DNA of 64,000 bases, taken from IMG/VR virus record IMGVR_UViG_3300001580_000006, positions 128,001-192,000 of that record. One strand, written 5' to 3'. Positions 26,538 through 35,923 of this stretch are shown piece by piece. Numbering within the stretch: position 1 is the stretch's first letter; each line of letters opens with the position of its first letter. A model generated the notes under the pieces. That model was given only the letters and a program-made list of their open reading frames with translations, did not search any database and was not told where the DNA came from. A program made the position numbers and the translations under genes. Origin of the DNA: a virus. Taxonomy: Duplodnaviria; Caudoviricetes.

Positions 26538-27068
26538 TTAACGGCGCATACGCGACAATCCTGGCACAGATTCTGGTATGGTACGTACATTATGAATAAG
26601 ATCCAAAAGGTTTACGGGGTAGTAGTCTGTAACTTCTACAGATACATTTACATTTATGCCGGTGTCAAAGGTTCTGAGGCTTTTAGAGTGAATGTGCCCA
26701 TGAATGTTTATCTGCCCATCTGGAACTTGAGTAGGCCAGTGCGTTAGCAGAACGCCAGGCTGGAACTCATGGCTTTTCTTTACGGTGATAAAGCCAGCAC
26801 GAGACCACCAGCCTTTAGATCGTTCGTCGTGGTTGCCGGCGATAAGAATCTTGTGCCCATTCAGCTGATTCAGCACCGGCTTTAGCCTATCGAACCTAGC
26901 TAATCCCACATCACCAAGGTGATATACAGTATCATCTGGACCAACAACACAATTCCATCGCTCTATTAGAACTTTATGCATCTCGTCAATAGAAGAGAAC
27001 GGCCTATTTTCGTACTTGATAATGTTCTCGTGGAAAAAATGATGGTCAGATGTTACCCACGTTATCAC
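26538..27068 (-). CDS. calcineurin-like metallophosphoesterase
   Basis: SDHHF.H, HLGD, GNHD, THWP, HGHIH. Confidence 0.9.
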   Translation of the reverse strand: MITWVTSDHHFFHENIIKYENRPFSSIDEMHKVLIERWNCVVGPDDTVYHLGDVGLARFDRLKPVLNQLNGHKILIAGNHDERSKGWWSRAGFITVKKSHEFQPGVLLTHWPTQVPDGQINIHGHIHSKSLRTFDTGINVNVSVEVTDYYPVNLLDLIHNVRTIPESVPGLSRMRR

Positions 27069-27408
27069 AGCCCACGCGCACGTCTGTACGCAGTGTGTTC
27101 AGATTCATCAAAGTCATCGCTGCAGCGAGCCTCTACGAACGCTGGATGATATATATCGTCATACATTAGAGTCCACGTTGCTCCAGGAGGTGCAATTGAG
27201 TCGAACAGCTTAGCCATTTTGTACTGATTATATGCGCTAGAGTGCCTTTGATCCAGATAACATAGATCATACAGTCTATATACTGCAGCTATTTTGTCAT
27301 TTGGTACGAAGACAACTCTGCGTAAGCGGGGTTCTCTAGGGGGCTCAGCTGGCGCCTCCAGTAGCGGAGGTGGTTCTTTCTTCAGTCCGAGTCCAAACAG
27401 CTTTCTCA

Positions 27409-27720
27409 TTACCAGTCCACCTTGTTGTTGTCGACACAGATCATGCCAAACAGCGCAGCAATAGCGATGTCCAGAAGTTCTTCTGATACAATCTGTCTGC
27501 CGTCTATCGTTTTATGGCAATTGCGTACTGCGTCACGAAGTTCGTCATGCTCTTCATCAATCGCCCCAAAGATTTCGTGCGTACTGACGAACGCTTTTCT
27601 ACCTTTTTCCTCTATCTTATCAGCAAGCATATCTTGGAGTTTGTCCAACCCAAGACGAAGCTCCGCATCCGTAACGTCAGGTCTGGCATGATAGTGCGTA
27701 TTATTAATGTTGAGTGCCAT
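27409..27720 (-). CDS. MazG-like all-alpha NTP pyrophosphatase
   Basis: HE..G.IDEE.DEL...EELLDIA. Confidence 0.55.
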   Translation of the reverse strand: MALNINNTHYHARPDVTDAELRLGLDKLQDMLADKIEEKGRKAFVSTHEIFGAIDEEHDELRDAVRNCHKTIDGRQIVSEELLDIAIAALFGMICVDNNKVDW

Positions 27721-28469
27721 TAGAACACCAGCGGCTGCGATGGGCCTCCAGTGCCCAGAGCTTGGCTCTGAGAGCTTACTGACTTGCTTACAAAGGTAGC
27801 AAGCTTGGCCAGCTTTTGCGGGGTAATTGAGCCGACGTCAACATACTGAGTCAGCTGAGCGTCATTGGAGAATTTGTCCAGCGAAGCAGCGACCCCGTTG
27901 TTGGCGGTGTTGACTCCTATTAGAATGGTGATGAGCGATTCGATGTCTTCGCCGACCTTCGATCTGTTTACCAGGTCAGCGATCATTCCTGGAGTAGTGC
28001 TGGATTCGTTGTCTTCCCCGTCCGTTATAATAAACACTATGCCATTGGCCATAAAATCCTGGTCGATCAGCTTCTTAGCATAAGTTAGAGTGGCCCCGAT
28101 ACCGGAGTAGGTGGCATCAAATAATGCCGTCATCCCGTTGCATACAGGCTCCACGTAGTCGGCCGGGTCTATTGTTGAAAGCAAACGGAACCCGTGGACC
28201 TCCTCCAACCCTTGATTAAAGGTCAGCAGGCGGAGCATCAGGTTCTCAGCTCGGGGTGACTTCTTACAGGCCTCTACGACGGTTTTAATGGCCTCTAGGA
28301 GCTGCGTATTGAACCCACCCACACTACCTGACCTATCGGTCGCGATGGTCACCAGGGTGTATTCTGTAGCTCCTAGGTCTTGGATCCTAACTCCAGAAAA
28401 CTGAAACGAGCCGCCGCCGTCGACGGTCATCTTCTCCAGATCTTTACCTAAGTCTTTGAGTTTCGGCAT
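27720..28469 (-). CDS. TerY-like vWA domain protein
   Basis: DRSGSV, TALFDA, ITDGEDN. Confidence 0.8.
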   Translation of the reverse strand: MPKLKDLGKDLEKMTVDGGGSFQFSGVRIQDLGATEYTLVTIATDRSGSVGGFNTQLLEAIKTVVEACKKSPRAENLMLRLLTFNQGLEEVHGFRLLSTIDPADYVEPVCNGMTALFDATYSGIGATLTYAKKLIDQDFMANGIVFIITDGEDNESSTTPGMIADLVNRSKVGEDIESLITILIGVNTANNGVAASLDKFSNDAQLTQYVDVGSITPQKLAKLATFVSKSVSSQSQALGTGGPSQPLVF

Positions 28470-28470
28470 G

Positions 28471-29265
28471 TTACACCAATACCTTATCTGATGTGGTGAT
28501 AGACATGCCGCGCTTGGTCATCTCGGCGACAAAGTCTGTACCCATCTTTTCGAAGCCAGTAACTGAAGAGGAACAATCTTCTAACAGTATGAACTTCTTG
28601 ATGTTATCCTCGCCAAAGTTGTTGGCGATATCACGGATGGTGTTGGCCACACAATGGCTTAGGGCCTCGCCGGCGATGAGAATCATGTCGGCTTCCTGTA
28701 AGGTCTTGATCAGCCTAGTGTTAAGCATGGTACTGGGGTCTGAAGGATCTGGAACGTCCGCCTGGACGGCCGAGTAGTGCTCGGTCCAGAAGTTGGATCC
28801 CTTGGTGACGTAGTCAATCATGCCGAAATAGTCCTCTTCCCACTTTACCAGCTCTTTGTAGAGGTCAGGGTGGATGTTGTGGCCCGGGGTGCCTATCAGG
28901 CAGTGGGGCGGCCAAATGCACAGCGGATAGCGACCGTTTTTGGCCAGTTCGGTAACGTAAGCTACTGCTCTGGGAAGGAACTGCGGGTTTGTGGTTGTCC
29001 AGATACCGCTCTTGACGTCCTTTTCGCTGATGATGGTAAACGGCCCTGGGTGCTCCCCTTTTGAATTAATCCAGAACAAGGGATGGGCAATGTCGACCAG
29101 GTGGTGAGTATCCATGGTTACATGGATATCGTCCAGCTTGTCACCGATCCGAGCGACCATCTTGGCCAAATTGGACATGTCTTTGTCGGCTCCACCGACG
29201 AATAACGCCCCTTTTGGGTCACAGAAGTCGTTCTGTGGATCGATAACGATTAAGTGAATCTTCAC
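28471..29265 (-). CDS. pncA: nicotinamidase / cysteine hydrolase (PncA-like)
   Basis: IDPQNDFC..GAL, D.H, WPPHC, KG, AGEALSHCV. Confidence 0.8.
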   Translation of the reverse strand: MKIHLIVIDPQNDFCDPKGALFVGGADKDMSNLAKMVARIGDKLDDIHVTMDTHHLVDIAHPLFWINSKGEHPGPFTIISEKDVKSGIWTTTNPQFLPRAVAYVTELAKNGRYPLCIWPPHCLIGTPGHNIHPDLYKELVKWEEDYFGMIDYVTKGSNFWTEHYSAVQADVPDPSDPSTMLNTRLIKTLQEADMILIAGEALSHCVANTIRDIANNFGEDNIKKFILLEDCSSSVTGFEKMGTDFVAEMTKRGMSITTSDKVLV

Positions 29266-29277
29266 GTTATCCTCCTG

Positions 29278-29808
29278 TTAATTGTTGGTTTCTTTTATTA
29301 TAGTTATTGTACCATCCTTGGCAAGGTTGGTTATGTGATTTATTGGAGCATTGGAAAGACCCCAACCTACCTCAACATACAATATGTAAGTTGGCGGAAG
29401 GCCTTTAACAGTGTTCAAGAACTCTTTTCTGCTTGCTAATCTTTCGACAAGGTTTTTTATAGCAGTTTGATATCTACTTCGAATAACAGAGTGGATGTCT
29501 GAATGTGGTTCCATAACAGCCATAGGTGTGCTGGCACTAACTTCTCGTCCAATAGTTAGTGCAAACAATTCGTCTGTGTGCAGTTTGCGAAGAGCTCCTG
29601 TCGCCTCCCTCTGCAATCTAGCTACATGAGCGATGGTGTTTTCTATTATGCCTATTTCTCTTGACAGACCGTCTACTACTGCGTTAGTGTCTGCTGCCCG
29701 CACAGTTTGTACTCCAAACAGACCGAGAGTATCTAGTATAACTTTGGGGCCGGTTATAATAAAGCTTGTAGAGCTGCTGTTGGATACGAAGCTGTCTCTA
29801 ATCTTCAT
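29278..29808 (-). CDS. 'FVSNSSS' N-terminal-motif family protein
   Basis: MKIRDSFVSNSSSTSF. Confidence 0.7.
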   Translation of the reverse strand: MKIRDSFVSNSSSTSFIITGPKVILDTLGLFGVQTVRAADTNAVVDGLSREIGIIENTIAHVARLQREATGALRKLHTDELFALTIGREVSASTPMAVMEPHSDIHSVIRSRYQTAIKNLVERLASRKEFLNTVKGLPPTYILYVEVGWGLSNAPINHITNLAKDGTITIIKETNN

Positions 29809-30236
29809 TAATATCCGCCTTCTTTTCCTATTATGAGGTTAGCTGTCTCTGTATTGAAGTCCATCATAGTCATTGCTTTACAAAGATTGGCTGCTCTGCC
29901 ATCCTCTTGATCCCCAACGAAGCCGATAAACATGGCGGCTTTGCTATAAGCACGCGCGTATTCGTAGGCTATCTTGTGTGATCTCTCTGGTTCCCAAACC
30001 TCACCATGGTAGCCATGCTTAGCGACGTAGTCGTCCAACGCAATTTCTTCGAGCCGTTGCTTCTGCAGTAGGATACGGGCCAGCATCAACTCCTTACCAG
30101 ATAAGCCTGAGCTGGAAGGAATGCACTTAGCAATGGCCTCTGATAGCTGTATGTCAGTAGGGCGCAATCCAGTCTTCGATACTATTACGTAGGAAGAGGA
30201 GGAGCTGTTTGAAACGAAAGCTGTGCGTATTTTCAT
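29808..30236 (-). CDS. 'FVSNSSS' N-terminal-motif family protein
   Basis: MKIRTAFVSNSSSSSY; ends KEGGY. Confidence 0.7.
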   Translation of the reverse strand: MKIRTAFVSNSSSSSYVIVSKTGLRPTDIQLSEAIAKCIPSSSGLSGKELMLARILLQKQRLEEIALDDYVAKHGYHGEVWEPERSHKIAYEYARAYSKAAMFIGFVGDQEDGRAANLCKAMTMMDFNTETANLIIGKEGGY

Positions 30237-30457
30237 CCGTTATGTCCTGTCTTAGTTAAGAAGTCGTCTAGATTGTAGCCAGCAGCGTGTACTGCCAAGT
30301 ACGTAGCGTTATCTGACTCGTCCACTACTATCCCAGTATCGTCATTAATGTACACGTCTGGTGTGCTATGAAGTACGCCTATACCGGGATGTGACGGATC
30401 TGTAATAACATAACTACTCGAACTGGAGTTGGATACGAAACTTGTTCTTATTTTCAT
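30233..30457 (-). CDS. 'FVSNSSS' N-terminal-motif family protein
   Basis: MKIRTSFVSNSSSSSY. Confidence 0.7.
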   Translation of the reverse strand: MKIRTSFVSNSSSSSYVITDPSHPGIGVLHSTPDVYINDDTGIVVDESDNATYLAVHAAGYNLDDFLTKTGHNG

Positions 30458-30864
30458 GAGTACCTCGTTCCTGTAAATATTCTCAGTTTGCTGGGGGTTT
30501 GAAAGTCCTCGCCTTTAGCATATACGTTGAATTTTTCTATCAACATCCATGCGTCCTTTCGAAGCTTTTCTATGTCATATCGTTTGTTTTCAAGCTTGTC
30601 GCCCCAAGCTAGAGGTATACCTAGTATTATTTTGCCTTTGCTGGCTTCACCGTCTTCTCCTACTAGAATGACACAGTCATCTTCTGTGTTATTACCAAAG
30701 CTGTCTAATGCATCTCTTATAGAATCCTCATCGTTTTGATCAAATTCGTTCATACTCATCTTGGCAAGAATAATTCTGTTATGTTTAGTGTCTGCTAACT
30801 CAACACCAGCAATAACAAATGAGCTTGAACTAGAATTTGACACGAATTTGTAACGGTGTTTCAT
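30454..30864 (-). CDS. 'FVSNSSS' N-terminal-motif family protein
   Basis: MKHRYKFVSNSSSSSF. Confidence 0.7.
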   Translation of the reverse strand: MKHRYKFVSNSSSSSFVIAGVELADTKHNRIILAKMSMNEFDQNDEDSIRDALDSFGNNTEDDCVILVGEDGEASKGKIILGIPLAWGDKLENKRYDIEKLRKDAWMLIEKFNVYAKGEDFQTPSKLRIFTGTRYS

Positions 30865-31016
30865 AAATCTCCTTGGTACTGTTCATAGTCCGCAAACCAT
30901 TCTATGGAACAGCATTTGCAAGTACCTTTCCATGTGTATTGGTATTGTTCGCCAACTAACTCCATGGAGACCTCTGCCCCACAGACACACGTTAATTTTG
31001 GTACAACGCCTGGCAT
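30861..31016 (-). CDS. small Cys-rich protein, 51 aa (absent from ORF track)
   Basis: MPGVVPKLTCVCG...GTCKCC; stop overlaps next ATG (ATGA). Confidence 0.5.
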   Translation of the reverse strand: MPGVVPKLTCVCGAEVSMELVGEQYQYTWKGTCKCCSIEWFADYEQYQGDL

Positions 31017-31113
31017 TTCAAAATCCTATTTTACAGAAATTTCAAATTGTAACTCGAAAATCAAAACTTCGCCGGGAAAATTTCCAGATTTTCGGTTTTT
31101 CCTAATAGCATTT

Positions 31114-31938
31114 TTAGTGCTGACTGATTCTGCGATGAACTACGTATCTAAACGTGCCACCGTGCTCTAGGCAGGAACCTACTGTGCCGTCTTCGTCAGC
31201 ATACCTTAGGGTAAACCAGTGTTTGTTTGGGTGTGCGAGCTGGATGGCCTGCCAATCCTCTTTGGCTCTCTTCTTACTGTAATTAGCAGAATCCTTACTG
31301 TATTTGTTCTGAGCAGCACCAAAAGCCGCCCTGTCCAGATATTTCTGCCAACCGGGTAGTGGGCCAAACTGCTTTACTGCGGCTTCTGATAAGCTTGAGC
31401 TACTTACGGCGTCTATGAGGTGTTTCGATAGTCTTATTAGTGCCTCTGGGTCAAAGGAGTTCTCTTTTGGTGTAAATCTATTGTAGACACTTACTAAGTG
31501 CTTGTCACCATACTTTGCTTCGGTGTCGAGTCCTCCTACCTTATCAGCAAGCCATAAGTATAAAGCTGATGCTGCACGAACCGCATCGATGTCATATTGC
31601 TCCATATCAGAGTACTTTTCGTGGCTTGGCCATTCTCCAAACAGACGTACGACGTCATCATGGTATTCCCAGCCACTAGACAGCAGCTCCAGTATCTGCT
31701 CAGTAGTAGCCTCGCCCTTAGATAAGTCAGATAACACTATTTCAAGAATGGTGCCATTGGTTGGTATTCTGGAGACATCGTCGTAGTAGTCTGGAGCCGC
31801 TATGTATGGCCCATCAAAATCTACTAGTTGCCTAAATAGAATCTTTGATAGTTCTTCTTTGGTAGTTGGAATAGAATCTAGTCCTACCAAAAACCCTGAA
31901 GAGGACGAATTTGCTACATGTCTAAGTCTATGCTTCAT
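31114..31938 (-). CDS. 'NSSS' N-terminal-motif family protein
   Basis: MKHRLRHVANSSSSGF. Confidence 0.7.
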   Translation of the reverse strand: MKHRLRHVANSSSSGFLVGLDSIPTTKEELSKILFRQLVDFDGPYIAAPDYYDDVSRIPTNGTILEIVLSDLSKGEATTEQILELLSSGWEYHDDVVRLFGEWPSHEKYSDMEQYDIDAVRAASALYLWLADKVGGLDTEAKYGDKHLVSVYNRFTPKENSFDPEALIRLSKHLIDAVSSSSLSEAAVKQFGPLPGWQKYLDRAAFGAAQNKYSKDSANYSKKRAKEDWQAIQLAHPNKHWFTLRYADEDGTVGSCLEHGGTFRYVVHRRISQH

Positions 31939-32413
31939 TTATACCCCATAGTTATAAACCCACCGTCTACCTTACTACCGTTTGCAACAATATGCAGTAC
32001 TTGCCCGTTTGGCATGCGCAGCTGCAGCTCTTCATGTAGGCCGCCGTGGTCTATAAACTTCTCTACTGATATTCCATGTTCTTTTAGAATGTCTTCTATA
32101 GCGTTAATTCGCTTTAGTTGACCTTTACTAACTTCACCTTCGGTTATCATTGTAGTCTGTTCCTTTACAAGCATGAATAACAATATCCTTATTCATTTAT
32201 CCCATCTTTATAGTCTCACCTTCGGACAGTTTTGGTCTAGCACCGCAAGTCTATCCATTACCTTGTTAAACTTACTTTTGGCTTCAGCTAGTCTACTTGA
32301 TACATGCTCTGCTAAGTTTGCACCGCAGCTAAATTCGTCAAGAATGCTATGATACTCTAAATAGTATCTTCTAGCGTCGGCTTTAAGCTTATTCATGTGC
32401 TCTCCTTAGTTAG

Positions 32414-32444
32414 CCCCTGGTAAGGCGTTTTGCCTTACCAGGGG
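32414..32444 (-). terminator. perfect 13-bp hairpin after Ubl gene (terminator or mRNA stabiliser)
   Basis: CCCCTGGTAAGGC-5 nt-GCCTTACCAGGGG; no U-tract on minus strand. Confidence 0.5.
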
Positions 32445-32452
32445 TATTTGGC

Positions 32453-32674
32453 CTACCGACCGCCGGACACGTCGTCGATCACGGTAACGATGTCGCCAGC
32501 CTTGAGGACAGTGCCCTCTTTGGCGGTTTCGCCGTTAACCCGCACAGACGAATTGTACTCCAACTCCTGCTTCTGCAGAAATTCGGTCAGAGTAGTACCC
32601 GCCTTCACGACGCAGCGCTTCAGACCCTCGGTCAGCCGACCCAGCTGAACGGGAATAGATGTCACGTTGCTCAT
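32453..32674 (-). CDS. ubiquitin-like/MoaD-ThiS protein with masked C-terminal GG (VSGG-R)
   Basis: GTTLTEFL...VRVNG...LKAGDIVTVIDDVSGGR. Confidence 0.88.
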   Translation of the reverse strand: MSNVTSIPVQLGRLTEGLKRCVVKAGTTLTEFLQKQELEYNSSVRVNGETAKEGTVLKAGDIVTVIDDVSGGR

Positions 32675-32691
32675 TTTGCTTCCTCTTTGGT

Positions 32692-33246
32692 TTATGGTTT
32701 ATTGTTAATAGCGGCACCTCGCCGCTTTGGGGGAACATATCCTGCTGGAACTACAGCGATCTCCACGCTTTGAACGTCGCCACCTATAGCTATTTGCGCA
32801 GAAGTACCATCTGGCATGTAGGCAAGGAATATTGATCCTGGGTTGTCGAAGATTCCTTCACCTGCTTCTCCTTCCCAGTCCGGTACTTCACCACTTCTAA
32901 ACAAATAACCGAAACCGCCAAATGTCAGTCCTTTTTTAGCTAGCTCTAGAAATTTGTTGGTTAAATCACTGGAGCGAACAGTTGGCATAAAATCGCAACC
33001 ACCAGCTCTAGTAAGCGGTACTATGGTTGTGCAAACACCAACCTTGTTAGCCCCGAGCATATACAGTTCACTAACGTTACCGCACTCATTTCTGAGGTGT
33101 ATCATCTTGTTATGTAGACGATTACTGATATAAATCGTCTTTCCAGAACGTGAGAAATCGCTCAGTGTTCTACCTCCTCCACCATCGTCATCATCTATAA
33201 AATCTGACGAAGACGAGTTTGCTACGAATCCTAATCTTATCTTCAT
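32692..33246 (-). CDS. MPN-like paralog 6 fused to 'NSSS' N-terminal tag
   Basis: MKIRLGFVANSSSSDF, then ISNRLH...LYMLGAN...GCDFMP. Confidence 0.7.
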   Translation of the reverse strand: MKIRLGFVANSSSSDFIDDDDGGGGRTLSDFSRSGKTIYISNRLHNKMIHLRNECGNVSELYMLGANKVGVCTTIVPLTRAGGCDFMPTVRSSDLTNKFLELAKKGLTFGGFGYLFRSGEVPDWEGEAGEGIFDNPGSIFLAYMPDGTSAQIAIGGDVQSVEIAVVPAGYVPPKRRGAAINNKP

Positions 33247-33650
33247 ATAACAACTGTTAATCCTGCTACGATACGGTTATTATTTCGGTTTACTACTCTA
33301 ACTACAGACCTACCTTTATTGTAAAGGATGAATGGCATTCGTGTGTCATATAACGCACTACCGTGGTCCGGACTCCAAGCTGTTCTTACTTGTAGGTTAC
33401 TTTGTACCAAAGCAAATGCTACCGGTTTTGACTTTTTCTTAGCCAGCTCAACATAGGCTTTTGTAACAGAAGATGAGTGGGCCCCAGGCATAAATTCACA
33501 CCCTACATCTCGTGCTATAGGCATAAAATTATCTATTATGCCAAGCCTATTAGCTCCTAGTAAGTATAATACTGCGTATTTATCTGAGTTATCTTCTGAC
33601 TCCTGCTTAAATACTTTGTGCAGGCCTCTCGATATCTTTAGCTTATCCAT
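33243..33650 (-). CDS. MPN-like paralog 5
   Basis: ISRGLH...LYLLGAN...GCEFMP...PVAFALVQ. Confidence 0.7.
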   Translation of the reverse strand: MDKLKISRGLHKVFKQESEDNSDKYAVLYLLGANRLGIIDNFMPIARDVGCEFMPGAHSSSVTKAYVELAKKKSKPVAFALVQSNLQVRTAWSPDHGSALYDTRMPFILYNKGRSVVRVVNRNNNRIVAGLTVVI

Positions 33651-34053
33651 TAACTACTCGCAATCTTATACTATTAATGCTACTGTTGCTACTTATTCTT
33701 GCTGCATGCCTGCCTCTGTTGTAATATATAAACGGTATTTTAGACTTATACAGGGCTGTGCCTTGCATCACTTGGTACCCTGGCTTTTTCTTACTTATTG
33801 TTCCTTGAATAACTGCTAAAGCGCACGGCGCTAGACTTATATTGGCTAGACGCATATATGCGGTGGTCATTCCTTGAATACTTGCTTCTGGCATCCAGGC
33901 ACATCCACGGGTTGTAATAGGTACGCTAGTGCTTCTAATTATTACCCCATCGGTATTCTTTCCTAACAAGTATATTACAGTTTCAGGCGAGTTTTTAGCA
34001 GAGGTAGACTTCAGTCTCTCATGCAACTTCTTGGTAATAATTAGCTTATTCAT
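33643..34053 (-). CDS. MPN-like paralog 4
   Basis: ITKKLH...IYLLGKN...GCAWMP...PCALAVIQ. Confidence 0.7.
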   Translation of the reverse strand: MNKLIITKKLHERLKSTSAKNSPETVIYLLGKNTDGVIIRSTSVPITTRGCAWMPEASIQGMTTAYMRLANISLAPCALAVIQGTISKKKPGYQVMQGTALYKSKIPFIYYNRGRHAARISSNSSINSIRLRVVNG

Positions 34054-34448
34054 ACTGTTTCAACAACGAATGATTCTGTAATACTACCATTGTACTGCCT
34101 GGCTATATGCTCTCCAGTACGATAGAACAAGAACGGTATCTTTAATCTAAACAAGTCTAAACCATGGAAAGAATAGTTTCCTACTTCTTTAGCACCGCGA
34201 TATTGAATAACTGCTAAGGCGCAGGGTTTTCTACCTTTCTTTACAAGGGTGATGTAGGCGTCTGTTATGGTTCTAACTGTTACGCTTGGCATCCATCCAC
34301 ATCCTATATTTCCATTACGTAAAGCCACAGAGTCAACAATCGTTCCTGCCCTGTTTTTGCCCAAGAGGAAAAGCTTTCTGCCATTCGGATGATCGGCAGA
34401 ATACTTTTTAAGCTTGTTGTGCAAATTCTTCTTTATTTTTAGCTGCAT
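34050..34448 (-). CDS. MPN-like paralog 3
   Basis: IKKNLH...LFLLGKN...GCGWMP...PCALAVIQ. Confidence 0.7.
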   Translation of the reverse strand: MQLKIKKNLHNKLKKYSADHPNGRKLFLLGKNRAGTIVDSVALRNGNIGCGWMPSVTVRTITDAYITLVKKGRKPCALAVIQYRGAKEVGNYSFHGLDLFRLKIPFLFYRTGEHIARQYNGSITESFVVETV

Positions 34449-34848
34449 TGTCTTTCAAATATAATCTTGTTGGTGTGTGAACAAAGCCGACGGTTTTCAT
34501 AGCCTTTGCTGCACCAGCTTCGTAGTACAGTACTGGGAGCCTTAGCTTTACAAATCCTTCTCCAATTTCTGGTCTCCACCCCGGCTTTCTCCCGCCTTCG
34601 TTATTTTGTACAACTGCTAGCGCTCTTGGCCTAAAGCCTAAGTTTGTAACTTTTAGATAGGTTTTAGTTAACAGCGTACTGGATAAGTGTGGCATAGACC
34701 AGCAACCATCATCAGTATCCATTAAGTCGCAACGTATAGATACGCTGCCGTGGTTTGAAGATAATAAATAAGCTTTAGCGGCTCGCTCATTAGCCAAAGA
34801 CTCTTTCTTCAGCAGTTTGTGAAGCTCTCTAGATAGTTTAATGCTCAT
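34408..34848 (-). CDS. MPN-like paralog 2
   Basis: LSRELH...AYLLSSN...GCWSMP...PRALAVVQ. Confidence 0.7.
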   Translation of the reverse strand: MSIKLSRELHKLLKKESLANERAAKAYLLSSNHGSVSIRCDLMDTDDGCWSMPHLSSTLLTKTYLKVTNLGFRPRALAVVQNNEGGRKPGWRPEIGEGFVKLRLPVLYYEAGAAKAMKTVGFVHTPTRLYLKDNAAKNKEEFAQQA

Positions 34849-35252
34849 TTGATTTTCGTTATTTTTACTGCTGCTGCTCGTGGCTTTCCATTTGTAAAGA
34901 CTCTGCCAACGTGCCTACCAGCACGATAATATAGGATGGGAAGCCCCATCCTACCGATATAGCTCCCTTGTGTTCCAGACCAGCCGGCTTTGATTGTGTT
35001 GCGCTGCGCTTGCACTACGGCTAAACCGCTTGGAGTCATATTCTTTTTAGCCAGTGCTATATATATTTGCGTTAAATCGCTAGACTTTACGCCAGGCATC
35101 CAACTGCAGCCGTTCCCAGTACTCGGCAGGCTGTGAGCAGCTGTCAATATTCCTTTATCATTATCGGTAAGAACGAATAGCATTGCCCTATCTATGGTTC
35201 TCCTAGACATTTCTTTGAGACCATTATGTAGAGCTTTATCTATTTTTATCAT
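34845..35252 (-). CDS. MPN-like paralog 1
   Basis: IDKALH...LFVLTDN...GCSWMP...PSGLAVVQ. Confidence 0.7.
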   Translation of the reverse strand: MIKIDKALHNGLKEMSRRTIDRAMLFVLTDNDKGILTAAHSLPSTGNGCSWMPGVKSSDLTQIYIALAKKNMTPSGLAVVQAQRNTIKAGWSGTQGSYIGRMGLPILYYRAGRHVGRVFTNGKPRAAAVKITKIK

Positions 35253-35923
35253 GCCGTTAACATTAGCGACCTTTGGTCTAAGAAAGTCATGTTGAAGATA
35301 ACCTCGGTCGGGGTTGGCTGATTCATAGCAACGCCTTTGTAAACTCTGCTTATCAAGCTGGACAACATAAGGACGTTATATATGATTGCTTTGTTAGTGC
35401 ATCGCTGAGGCGGCACTTTGTCGTCAGAATAAAGCCGTGACTCGTAGAACTTCGCCTTATCGTCCGGAACTTTGCCGCCAGATTTGGCAAGGGTGTAGAC
35501 CATACCCAGCTCAGCGCCCATTCTAGCCTCAATATATAACTGAGCAGCCGGCTGCTTTTTGAACTGCTCCCAGACCATCTTCCTTGAAGACATTGAATCT
35601 GTAGCTACAATAACCACCGGTTTGAGCGGCTGATCTTTATAGAAGCGAATCTGCGGAAGTATTTTGGTGTCAGTAAACTCGCCCATAATATCAGCCAGAG
35701 CGTTCACCTTAAACTTCTTAAGGTCTTGGTGCCGAAAGAATTGGTTGGGCAAATTAACATCGGAAACGCCGTCCTCGTCGAAGATCTCTATTACCTTCGC
35801 CCCCATCTTTCCAATGGCTAAAGCAGTAAAACTGCCAACCGACCCGGAGCCGATAATGGTTATGGAGGAGTCGTTGCGACCAACCTTGAAAATGTCGGCT
35901 TGTCTAGTTCTGTCTAGGCTCAT
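35249..35923 (-). CDS. ThiF/E1-like adenylating enzyme
   Basis: RQ, GSGSVGS, DEDGVSDVNLPNQ, K, ATD, EARMG; Cys in QRCT. Confidence 0.88.
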   Translation of the reverse strand: MSLDRTRQADIFKVGRNDSSITIIGSGSVGSFTALAIGKMGAKVIEIFDEDGVSDVNLPNQFFRHQDLKKFKVNALADIMGEFTDTKILPQIRFYKDQPLKPVVIVATDSMSSRKMVWEQFKKQPAAQLYIEARMGAELGMVYTLAKSGGKVPDDKAKFYESRLYSDDKVPPQRCTNKAIIYNVLMLSSLISRVYKGVAMNQPTPTEVIFNMTFLDQRSLMLTA

